Source of the DNA: Paraphysomonas bandaiensis
Lineage: Eukaryota > Protista > Chrysophyceae
Reading direction: 5' to 3'
NCBI GenBank assembly: GCA_965644295.1
Contig: CBFFRP010000019.1
Coordinates: 62,001-126,000 of the forward strand
Length of the DNA: 64,000 bases
The position numbers and the translations under genes are program-made. Under the pieces are notes generated by a model. That model searched no databases and was not told the DNA's origin. It worked only from the letters and a program-made list of their open reading frames with translations. The stretch's first letter is position 1; each line of letters begins with the position of its first letter. Shown here in pieces: positions 33,740 to 44,091 of this stretch.

Positions 33740-36700
33740 TCACAGTCCCTCTACCCAGCCGAGCATCCCCTGGTTGCTACTATTTTCTGCATAATAACGC
33801 GCACTTTGATTGTTTTTGTTTTGTGCATCAATATCGAGTCCACATGACACAAGCCACTTAGCTATCAAAAGTCTACCGTGTTTGCACGCAGTATGTAGCA
33901 GAGTATCGCCGGATCTAGTACTGCTACTCAACATGCCACCGTTATCAACAAGCATCTGAACGAGCTTAATATTGCCAACTGCACACGCAAAATGCAGAGG
34001 TGTACGTCCCTCATCATCACGTTTGTTTACATAGGATCCTTTTTCCAGAAGTTTGTAGCTCAAATTGTAGTTATTCATTGCACAGGCAATGTGCAATGCT
34101 GTTTGCCCGTCACTATCTGTAGTATCGATCGATATATCTAGCCGAAGAATCTCTTCAACGAGGTCTTCGGATCCAGAAGCAACAGCAAGATGTAAGGCAG
34201 TTTGCTTGGAATTTGTTTTTACGTTCAAGTCATGTGTACTAAGTACTGTCTTCGGGAGTTCTGCGAGTTCCCTCACAGCAGAAACCATAACTCTAATTGC
34301 CATAAAGTGAAGGGGCGAGAAGCTTGCTTTGTTCTGGATGCTGACAAGGGCGCCTGCGCGAATCAGGTACTGTGATATTTCAGTTTGACCATGATCTATA
34401 CTAATGTGAAGTGGTGTCATCCCATCAATATTTTGGGCATCTATATTAGCCCCTGTTTGGACTAAGAACTTCGTAAATACTATGTTTCCTGCCTTGCAGG
34501 CAATATGAAGTGCCGTATTCCCTGATAAAGGCTCCGAATATTGGATGTCGGCACTGGACTTCAACAATGAATCTGCGAGGGCCACGTCCCCATTCTCCAC
34601 AGCACTTATCAGCGACTTATTCGCGGACAAATATGCCGAACCGTCAATTTGAGAAGAATTGCTGCATTTTTCACTGAATCCAGGGCCATCTGCGTCAAAT
34701 CGAGATTCTACATCATCGCCACCACTATGTGTAACACAAGACAAGAGGTTGGACGGCTTCATTGCCATAATTCCACTCGAAAAACTACTCTCCGATTTTC
34801 TCGAGGGGGGCGGCGAGGGGGCAGAGTTCAAGTATTCCAGATCCATAGGAGGCGGTATCGCGTGTACATCCTCACCAGCCGCTACTCGTTCCAACCAGGT
34901 CGATAGAGATTCGAACCCACTGTGTCGAGCCCGATCCGCGGCCGTGCAACCAGATTCGTCCAATACATTCGCCATGGTTGCGTCTCGCTGGAGAAGCAAA
35001 AGACATATTGTAGCAAATCCATTGTGTCCAGCAAGGTGAAGAGCCGTTACTCCACCCTCCACTTTAGCTGTTACATCCGCTCCGGCATCAATGAGTATTG
35101 CAATTACACTAGTATGACCCACGCTGGCCGCAAGATGAAGCCCAGTCCATCCCGTTCTGTTAGTAATATCGATGCTCTTCAGTATTTTCGTGAACAAAAC
35201 TACTATATCCTCGTGTCCACATTCACAGGCAATATGGAATCCTGTGTTCCCTTTATCATCACGCGATTTCATTTTCGCGCCCAATATTTTGAGGCATTTG
35301 ACTACCTCGACATGACCTTTTAAACATGCATAATGCACAGCAGTCGATCCCGAAGAGGTACGTTTCTCAATATCGATGCCTAATTTAAATGACCTGCCAA
35401 CCAGTGTGACATCACCAGCAGCAGCAGCCGAATGAAGCAGAGTAGATCCGTCAGAACGCTCGTAAAGTGCAGGACAATTATTGATAGAAAATATTTCGTT
35501 CAGTACGACACACGCCAAGTGAAAGAAATTTGAGTTTAATGCCCATATCAGTTGCGGGTCGAGACATTCCAGAAACCTGTCGTTGTATATACTTGACCCT
35601 GTGGTGACGAGCCATTTCGCGAGGTCATGATGGCCAGCTTCTTCGGCAAGATGTATTGGTGATTTCCTATCAAAATTTAAATCCCCTACTTGCAGTCCGC
35701 AATGTACCAACCATTCAGCCACCTGCATATGCCCGTTACCTGCAGCCAAATGAAGAGCTGTGTTTTCAATTCCATCTTGGCCTCCCTTAAAGAAAATGTT
35801 GCATCCGCGCTGGGTAAGCAGCCACTTCGCAACATCTAGGGCTCCAGACTCACACGCACAAAGAAATGGCGAAGAGCAGTCAGCGTTTTCTGTGCTATCC
35901 ACACTGACACCACAATCACTTAAGTGTTCCACCAAACTAACGACACCTGACTTGCAGGCGTAATGCATGGCTGTCATGCCATTTGCATCCACTGCATCAA
36001 TGTTCGCATTTTGTTGTAGTAAGTATTGCACAACATCATTTTTGCCGCTTGAACAGGCGGCAAGCAGTGGAGTCATGCCAAATAAGTCAGAGTCATCGAT
36101 AGCCACACCTCGACTCTCAAGGGCACGCACAACGTCCAAATGACCACCTTTGGCAGCCAAATGTACACAGTTTCTACCATCATCTGTACGCATAAGGTAG
36201 TCCGCCCCTGAATCCAGCAACAATTCTAATAAATCGTAATGTCCTTCCGCAGAACATATATGAAGCGGTGTGTATCCTTCAGGATCACGCACATCTAGAG
36301 GGACTTCTAGGCTACAGAGATAGCTACATGTGCGTAGTAAGCCTTTTCTGCATATCGTATGGAATACAGATGTGGTGGGAGGATTCTTAACTATAGATGA
36401 TACACTGTCAACAACATCGTATCCTGATTGGACCATATGTACAAGGCCATCCACATCTTGAGCTAGACAGAGTTTCCGAATGCGTATCTCCACAGTACGC
36501 TCTAACGCCATTATACTGCGCATGTATGCCAAAACTGTTTCTTTCTTTGCCGCCACAGCAAAATCAGTTGGTCGATCTCCTTTGAGGTTAGCGGTGTTTA
36601 CATCCATGCCGGCGGTTACAAGTTGTCGAACGATCTTAAGATCTCCATTTTGACAAGCAGCATGCATACACGTGTTTCCCCGAGAGTTTATAATGTTAAA

Positions 36701-39292
36701 ATCAGCCTTCTCATTGAGAAGATATTTGACGACATTGACCGAGCCAGATAGGCAAGCATAGAAGAGTGCGGTTTTACCATCACAGTCAACAGCATCCACA
36801 CCACTGAAATCTGGACGCTCACAAATTATCTGTGCCAATTCCAGTACGCCCTTTGAGGAGGCAACGTGCAGCGCAGTGCGGTTTTGAGTGCCTTTGAGAT
36901 TACTGCTGACACCAATGTCTAGCAACGCCTGCAGCATCTCGGCATTTCCACTTTCACAGGCACATTCTAATAAGCTAGCGGAGTTCTTGGAATTACTCTG
37001 ATCACCGCATTCATTTTGGTCAAAAAAGTAGTGAAACTCTGAACAAAATGAGGCCATCCAGCGTAGCAAAGATACTGCACTACCGGTACAGAGCACGTGA
37101 ACCGGAGTCAGACCGTTGTTGTTACACACTTTGATACTAGCGCCTGCAACGGTAATTAACCACTTCACGCAATTATCGTGCATCTGTTGGCAAGCAAAAT
37201 GCAGAGGAGTCGAACCGCCGTTGTTTCGAGTATTCACATCTGTACCCGCATTGACAAGGATTTCCAACACTCTTTGACGTCCGCACGTCGCCGCAAAGTG
37301 AATTCCACATGATCCATTTTCATTACGAACATTGTACATATCACCTCGGGCTGACAATAGCTTATGGATAAGTTCAACGTCTCCTCGAGCACATGCTTGC
37401 AAAAAGGTATGGGTTTCTGGATCAGAACAGCTATACTCTGATGACTCAGAATTCATGTGGTCGCCGGTACTAACAGAAATACCGCTACATTTATCTATCC
37501 ATCCCTCTGATTCAAAGCCCCCTAGAGAAGAAATTTCATCTGCTTCGGGACCATGTTGCCTATTCCCTGCCTGGTACCTGCATTGGGATGATTCTGAGTA
37601 GTCTGAAAGCTGTATAGAGCTGTGGCTATGACTGTTACAATCGTGCATATTCATCCCTGACGGAGTGGATACATCAAGGGATGTAACAGAGGAATTTTGT
37701 TGGCTGTTCGAAGCAGTGATATCAGAAGGTCCAATAGAGAATGGGGTGTTGGACCATGGAGGGGTGACCTGATACGCACTGCTCTGAATAGTTGATGGGG
37801 CAACTGACATTGTGTCAATAGACCCATCACATATTGTAGATTGAGGCTCAGAAGACATAGTTGACTGACATGGTACTCTTTTTTCATCACCATGGTCCAC
37901 GGTATCAGTTGATAATCCAACCGAATGGTCCTGATCCCCGTGATTACATGCGGAGTCTGAAGGGACAAATGATCGTAGGAACTCATGGGTTTCACTTTTG
38001 TTACACTTAAGGGCAATATCCACAGGCATTTCTTGCATTCTATTCCGTATATGAGGGTCATGTTTGCCAGAGGTCACCAGCCATTGCAGAAGAGAAACAG
38101 AGCCTGCTTGGGCAGCGAAGTGCATTGCACTATTCCACTCCCGGTCCTCGGCAAACACGTTTGCACCAGCGAGTGCCAATTCCTGAACTATCCCCAGATG
38201 TCCCTGTCGACAAGCTAGTAGCAGCGGGGTGCATTTACCCCCATTTATCGCATCCACCTCTGCTCCTGCTTTCAGTAACTCGTTTACAACTTCAGTGCGA
38301 CCCATTTCGCAGGCATAATGCAATGGTGTGTTCAAGCGTCTGTCCTTGGGCGACAAATCAACACCTGTCGAGATTAGGTGTTTCAGTACATCCAGCTGAC
38401 CCGCTCCTGCAGCATAGTGTAGCGGTCGCATTCCACTCCGGGTCTCGAGCTGTAAGTCTGGTGAAGAAAGATGTGATAGCAAGGATGTCAAGCCAAACAC
38501 GCATATATAGTGTGATGCGGCAGTTCCGTGAGAATTGAGTATCGTTGCTGACGCCCCCTCGCCCAGGAGCCACTCCGCCATGCTTTCATCACGACATATA
38601 CACGCTTGCTGCAGAGGTGTAAATAACGAAAGTGGTTGGCATGAATCCACTTTGATGCCGGCTGCAACCAATGCACGGGCGGTGGAAATGCACCCATATC
38701 TGCAGGCGCACCTCAGGCCCGCTTCTTTCTCTTCCTCTCCAATTTCATTGTCTTCAATCATCGAAATGACCTTTTCCGATTCACCAGATATGCAAAGTTT
38801 CAAGAAGGTAGATTCGTGCGCTTCAGTCATACTAAGTGTCGTAGGAATTTCCCTGAACTCCACATCTTCATATATTGTTAAGAACATGGATTCGCCGCCG
38901 TCTTCAGTATAGTCAACTTCATCATTCCAATCACCAGTAGAACTGCTTTCCGAAATGTTTGATGGTGTGATTTTATCGATAATTATTGATTTCTCTACAG
39001 GTTCATGTGTGTATTGATGTGTTGTCTGCTTATCCTCATAGAGATGTACCTCACAATACACTGACTGCTGTGAAGATAATTGTATTGCTGTATTAATAGG
39101 AGACAAAGTAGTCACCAATGCACCAGAATCACTATTCATCACATGAATCTCCTTAATATCTTGTTCATTTGATAGCTGTAGACGTAGTTTAACAACTGCT
39201 TCGAGTGTGTTCCATGTACAGTTAGCTGGTACAAATATTGATACATTATGATGTTTTTTACTTGCTAAATGAAAGTTTAACAAGTCACCCAT
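33740..39292 (-). CDS. Large intronless ankyrin-repeat protein (1850 aa)
   Basis: About 30 ankyrin repeats (G.TPLH.AC..G...VV..LL..GA) in three blocks separated by Ser/Pro-rich linkers. The N-terminal ~85 aa has a possible PB1/ubiquitin-like pattern. Confidence 0.93.
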   Translation of the reverse strand: MGDLLNFHLASKKHHNVSIFVPANCTWNTLEAVVKLRLQLSNEQDIKEIHVMNSDSGALVTTLSPINTAIQLSSQQSVYCEVHLYEDKQTTHQYTHEPVEKSIIIDKITPSNISESSSTGDWNDEVDYTEDGGESMFLTIYEDVEFREIPTTLSMTEAHESTFLKLCISGESEKVISMIEDNEIGEEEKEAGLRCACRYGCISTARALVAAGIKVDSCQPLSLFTPLQQACICRDESMAEWLLGEGASATILNSHGTAASHYICVFGLTSLLSHLSSPDLQLETRSGMRPLHYAAGAGQLDVLKHLISTGVDLSPKDRRLNTPLHYACEMGRTEVVNELLKAGAEVDAINGGKCTPLLLACRQGHLGIVQELALAGANVFAEDREWNSAMHFAAQAGSVSLLQWLVTSGKHDPHIRNRMQEMPVDIALKCNKSETHEFLRSFVPSDSACNHGDQDHSVGLSTDTVDHGDEKRVPCQSTMSSEPQSTICDGSIDTMSVAPSTIQSSAYQVTPPWSNTPFSIGPSDITASNSQQNSSVTSLDVSTPSGMNMHDCNSHSHSSIQLSDYSESSQCRYQAGNRQHGPEADEISSLGGFESEGWIDKCSGISVSTGDHMNSESSEYSCSDPETHTFLQACARGDVELIHKLLSARGDMYNVRNENGSCGIHFAATCGRQRVLEILVNAGTDVNTRNNGGSTPLHFACQQMHDNCVKWLITVAGASIKVCNNNGLTPVHVLCTGSAVSLLRWMASFCSEFHYFFDQNECGDQSNSKNSASLLECACESGNAEMLQALLDIGVSSNLKGTQNRTALHVASSKGVLELAQIICERPDFSGVDAVDCDGKTALFYACLSGSVNVVKYLLNEKADFNIINSRGNTCMHAACQNGDLKIVRQLVTAGMDVNTANLKGDRPTDFAVAAKKETVLAYMRSIMALERTVEIRIRKLCLAQDVDGLVHMVQSGYDVVDSVSSIVKNPPTTSVFHTICRKGLLRTCSYLCSLEVPLDVRDPEGYTPLHICSAEGHYDLLELLLDSGADYLMRTDDGRNCVHLAAKGGHLDVVRALESRGVAIDDSDLFGMTPLLAACSSGKNDVVQYLLQQNANIDAVDANGMTAMHYACKSGVVSLVEHLSDCGVSVDSTENADCSSPFLCACESGALDVAKWLLTQRGCNIFFKGGQDGIENTALHLAAGNGHMQVAEWLVHCGLQVGDLNFDRKSPIHLAEEAGHHDLAKWLVTTGSSIYNDRFLECLDPQLIWALNSNFFHLACVVLNEIFSINNCPALYERSDGSTLLHSAAAAGDVTLVGRSFKLGIDIEKRTSSGSTAVHYACLKGHVEVVKCLKILGAKMKSRDDKGNTGFHIACECGHEDIVVLFTKILKSIDITNRTGWTGLHLAASVGHTSVIAILIDAGADVTAKVEGGVTALHLAGHNGFATICLLLLQRDATMANVLDESGCTAADRARHSGFESLSTWLERVAAGEDVHAIPPPMDLEYLNSAPSPPPSRKSESSFSSGIMAMKPSNLLSCVTHSGGDDVESRFDADGPGFSEKCSNSSQIDGSAYLSANKSLISAVENGDVALADSLLKSSADIQYSEPLSGNTALHIACKAGNIVFTKFLVQTGANIDAQNIDGMTPLHISIDHGQTEISQYLIRAGALVSIQNKASFSPLHFMAIRVMVSAVRELAELPKTVLSTHDLNVKTNSKQTALHLAVASGSEDLVEEILRLDISIDTTDSDGQTALHIACAMNNYNLSYKLLEKGSYVNKRDDEGRTPLHFACAVGNIKLVQMLVDNGGMLSSSTRSGDTLLHTACKHGRLLIAKWLVSCGLDIDAQNKNNQSARYYAENSSNQGMLGWVEGL

Positions 39293-39503
39293 ATTTACTA
39301 TAATCTATAGAATCTTATGTAACATTAATTTGCAATGTGTTTATGATGTGATCGCATTGTTGTCTATGTGTGGAGCTCTGCTGCACTTGCTTCTCATCAA
39401 TACATACATACATAGCTATACATATATATATATACGAGGCATGTAGCTTAAATTTTTAGTGGAATATCTGGAATACGTACTGTATTTTTAGTGGTGGTGG
39501 TAT

Positions 39504-39869
39504 TGTATGTATGTATGTATGTATGTATGTATGTATGTATGTATGTATGTATGTATGTATGTATGTATGTATGTATGTATGTATGTATGTATGTATGTAT
39601 GTATGTATGTATGTATGTATGTATGTATGTATGTATGTATGTATGTATGTATGTATGTATGTATGTATGTATGTATGTATGTATGTATGTATGTATGTAT
39701 GTATGTATGTATGTATGTATGTATGTATGTATGTATGTATGTATGTATGTATGTATGTATGTATGTATGTATGTATGTATGTATGTATGTATGTATGTAT
39801 GTATGTATGTATGTATGTATGTATGTATGTATGTATGTATGTATGTATGTATGTATGTATGTATGTATG

Positions 39870-39901
<32 letters not shown>

Positions 39902-40170
39902 TGTATGTATGTATGTATGTATGTATGTATGTATGTATGTATGTATGTATGTATGTATGTATGTATGTATGTATGTATGTACGTATGTATGTATGTATGT
40001 ATGTATGTATGTATGTATGTATGTATGTATGTATGTATGTATGTATGTATTTATGTACGTATGTATGTATGTATGTATGTATGTATGTATGTATGTATGT
40101 ATGTATGTATGTATGTATGTATGTATGTATGTATGTATGTATGTATGTATGTATGTATGTATGTATGTAT
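39504..40170. repeat. (TATG)n microsatellite, ~670 bp
   Basis: Almost perfect tetranucleotide array with a few interruptions (near 39870, 39981 and 40051). Confidence 0.98.
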
Positions 40171-40548
40171 ATACGACCACAACGGCCCTCATGTATATCA
40201 ACGTATTGTGCCATGTACTACATTAGCAGGAGTGTGGTATCTGATCATAGGCCTTCATTCAGCTCATATCACTCACTATCAGTGTCACTACACTAAGATA
40301 AGGAACCAATTCATCATATGATCTATCACTAAACTTTCTGAATCAAATACGACTAGAAGAAACATAGAGCAATTATCATAATTAAAGTCTAAGTAACATG
40401 CATCCTTCCAATAGTTAACATCATGTCCAACAAACACACAAGTGAATCACTGGTATATTAAATCCATTAGAGGAACATTCATTAATATCTAAAGTGACAC
40501 TACCCTCTTGTATTCCACTTGCAATTATACCGATCATCACTAAGAGTC

Positions 40549-41505
40549 ATGCGACATATTCATATATTGACTCTTATGGGATTATTATGGTACAGTAATG
40601 TATGTTTTTCTCAATTTACGGATTCAGAGGTTCGTATGCTTCGAAAGAGAGCCCGTGACAGTAGTTTAGGATATGATGAGATGAGAGCCCTTGAGGAAGA
40701 AATTTCAGCTTCTCTTGCCCTACGCGATGAACTTCACTTTCTTCGTCGCAGTGATACTTCTGAGCAGGACCGTATCGCCTGGATCAGTGAGAAACTCCGC
40801 GGATGTCTTCGACAATTGATGGAGGATACGAAGCCAGTAGGCCTGTCCACCCGTGGAACGAGTGCAGCTGCAGCTGCCATTGAACGTGCTCACATTCGAG
40901 AGGCTCGTTTACGAGAAATTTATGAACGGGAGCAAGCTGAGAAGGAGCACGAGGCTTATGTATCTAATACGCGCCGCATGGAGCTTGTTGATCAAGCAAT
41001 ACGAGACTTGCGTGCACGTGCTGCACAGCATCAATTGGATACAAGAAGTCTAGTTCGTTTAGATGAAATGTTACTCGGATATCGTGAAGCGGAGGCAGCC
41101 CATGTGTTCAATGGAACGGATATTCATATGGCCCGCGCACGGCGTATGCAAATAGAGAAGTTCATAGGAGACAACCAAAATGCAGCTATCGCCCATATGC
41201 AGCGACAGGAGGCTCTGATTGATCAAACCCTACGTGATCTTGCAGCGCGGGCTGGGAAGGATATTTGCGAATCGGAGCAGCGAGAGCTTGACAGTATGCT
41301 AGCTGAATACCGCGAGCTTAGTGTTCGGGTTATCTCTGCGCAGCTTAACCAGGAAGTAAGAGGCGGTAGTAACAAGGACGTTGTAGAAGTTCATAGAGCA
41401 GCTCAAAGCCATAGATCTCATATAGAGAAGTACATATCGCATTTAAAGCGTGAATCTCAATGTTCTACCCCACATTCGAGTAGACGACTCAGTCCTTCAT
41501 CATAA
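40549..41505 (+). CDS. Hypothetical secreted alpha-helical protein with internal duplication (~318 aa)
   Basis: The ATG at 40549 gives signal-peptide-like MRHIHILTLMGLLWYSNVCFS. Internal repeat LVDQAIRDLRARA...LDEMLLGYRE...IEKFI versus LIDQTLRDLAARA...LDSMLAEYRE...IEKYI. Confidence 0.75.
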   Translation: MRHIHILTLMGLLWYSNVCFSQFTDSEVRMLRKRARDSSLGYDEMRALEEEISASLALRDELHFLRRSDTSEQDRIAWISEKLRGCLRQLMEDTKPVGLSTRGTSAAAAAIERAHIREARLREIYEREQAEKEHEAYVSNTRRMELVDQAIRDLRARAAQHQLDTRSLVRLDEMLLGYREAEAAHVFNGTDIHMARARRMQIEKFIGDNQNAAIAHMQRQEALIDQTLRDLAARAGKDICESEQRELDSMLAEYRELSVRVISAQLNQEVRGGSNKDVVEVHRAAQSHRSHIEKYISHLKRESQCSTPHSSRRLSPSS

Positions 41506-42041
41506 CGTCCAAATTTGAATTGTATAATATGTAAATTTTGAGTTAAGAAAAGTTTTACACGTTATAACTAACTGTACTATAATAATAAATCTCTAGTATC
41601 CGAATATACGATATATTATCACAAATAAGTTGTCGTGATTACCTGTGCCAACTATGTCATTTGGTTCTAATTCATGTCGCTAAGTATGTTGTTGCTTATA
41701 ACCCGCTACATTATAATATATTGCAATAGAATTGTTGGGCCGGTTTAAAAACTCCATCAATACTATTGATGGAACGCTATCTAACAATAGTATTACAATA
41801 TATATATTTTCCCTACCCCTGCATTACACTGTTCGCAAATTCAGGATGATATTGGGGTATAAGAACTAACTCTCGCTCATACATTTGACAGTAGTATTAG
41901 ACCAACTTATGTGAACGACAAAAAAGGCCTTCAAATGTAATTAGGTATTAACACGTTGATATACGTAAAAGCTCGATTTACAGCTTTTACCAATACACTA
42001 GAATCTATTCATCAACAAGTATAGTAAACAAAAGTGGACAA

Positions 42042-43865
42042 CTATTTCAAACCCTTGTAGTCGTTGATGATGTGTTGCACTGCACTGAAAGCATCCACAA
42101 AATCGTCGGACTCCATTCCATTAGATAGATACTGATGTACATATGCGCCGCAACGAAACATGTTCCCTCCCTTTATTACAGGTACCTGCAGGGACGGCAC
42201 AACACCTTGGCCATTCGTCAACAGACTAACAGACCTCTGGTAGTTGGCAATGGAACTGTTTGAGTAGTATACGGCACAAGGGTGTGAAGATGACTGTGCT
42301 CGCCGAATACCGCTGGCATAATATGGTTGAAATTTCAGAGATCCCGCGCAACGAGTCCCGGTGACATCCAACTCAGTTACTGCTTTTTCAGCACTCTCCC
42401 CTCTCACAATAAGGTTTGATGCAATATTTTTGACTTCAATGGGGTAGAACAGGTCGCCATCTTCACCATGGGGGTCATCTTGAATCACCCCATTAACCTC
42501 CGTTATTCCCGTCCTTCGAGACGACATATGACCCGTTCGTCTCTTCATCTGTGGTGTTGAATTCGAGTATGGCGAGCAGAAGGTCTCACCCGCTGGATTG
42601 GTTATCTCGTTGCGTTGCTCCGCCCAACCAGAGTATACAGCGTTAGTTCCTATAGATGCCCTATGCATTCCGCGAACAGATGGCACTCCACTGCGGGCCA
42701 TTCGTTGTAGGGAGGCTAACATGGAGCCCCACTCACCCTCCTCTGGGGACGATATAGGACCTTGTGGCATAGTCTTCACCTCCAGGAACTTGAATCTGTT
42801 ATCGGGGCACAAGTGCTCAATATCCTGGTGCAGTGGCGCGAGGGCTACCGTCTCATCTTTCTTACGATTCCCGTAGTCAGAAGACTCAACAGGAAATGTG
42901 CGTGATAATGCTGACCTCCTCTCCAATACCAAGTCTTCCGTTTCCTTACCCCACCAGCGCTCCGTACGGCTGTCTAGCATTCCGTACACCTTACTTGCAC
43001 ATTCTCCGCTCGCCCTGTGAGAGAGTGCTGGGTGGGTAACTGATGGAGGGTGTGTTGTATGCACATATTTTGGGAGCACAACCGATGCAACACTACCGGC
43101 TATTATACGATTTACATCGTCTACAGTAGGACGACGGCAACCTGTTGTTTCAACACAGAGCTGGTGCGCTACCTGCACAAACGATTTACCATATAAATAT
43201 AAAAATAGTGGAAGCAGCAATCGCCCACCTGGTTCTCATACACAAGGATGGCGTCGGAGTTCTTAGATATACTAGCCAAAGCCAGAGAGGCATTGTAGTG
43301 CTGTACAACTACCTCTCCACTGTGATAAGGCAAAACGACTAGATTCATTAGAGGGGTTCCTGGAAACTATATATACAAATGTATTAGTGACGAAATACTG
43401 AATGACTCATGTACGTACCTCGTCTTTAATCGCCTCTGTCATACGTGACCCCATCCCAGAGCCTGTCCCACCTCCGATTGAGTGTATATTCAGCAGGACG
43501 GTGTGCATATCCACTTGCTCCAGCTCTCGGCGCACACTGTTAGTGGAGGCATAAAGTAGCGCACCCGAGCACACCTCATATCCAGTTGCCCAGTTATTTC
43601 CAGCACCATTCCTGCCACTCTGAACACCACGCTCATCAATATGCCACTTCCCATTAGCCATGCTTTTATGAACACAATCATGTACAGTCTCTGGCTCAGT
43701 GTCAAGCCATACACTGCGCGATATCCATTTAGTACTACAATCTGATCCTACCATACGAAAATATTGTTTCATTAACTCAGGCTGTGATCTCACGTGATCA
43801 TAGAGGGAATCAATCAGAGTGTGACCTAAGCGATTGCCACACTCACCTGTGTGTATAGTTATCAT
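42042..43865 (-). CDS. TUBD1: Delta-tubulin (~571 aa, with insertions)
   Basis: Exons 43865-43419, 43366-43229 and 43172-42042. Tubulin motifs GECGN, LDTEP, GAGNNWA.GY and GGGTGSG. Delta-type motifs PY..GEVVVQHYN, SDAILVYEN and C-terminal AYVHQY...G.E.DDF.DAF. Confidence 0.88.
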
Positions 43866-44091
43866 CTATATGTTATTTATCTATATAACTCTTATATATT
43901 AACATATATCTATATATCATACGGTGGGTTCCATATCTAACAGCTGTACTGAGGGCACATTAACTATCTTTCAATGAGCTGTCGTTGTTGTACAGGGATG
44001 TACAGCAGTACAGTAGATGTATAGGGATGTACAGTACATCTGCTGTATGTGTATGGATATATAGTTCTGAGTTCTGTGTTTCATATCAGTA

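Noticed and set aside
39456-40321. Five long ORFs (YIHT/MYVC repeats)
   Set aside because: They are translation artefacts of the stop-free (TATG)n microsatellite.
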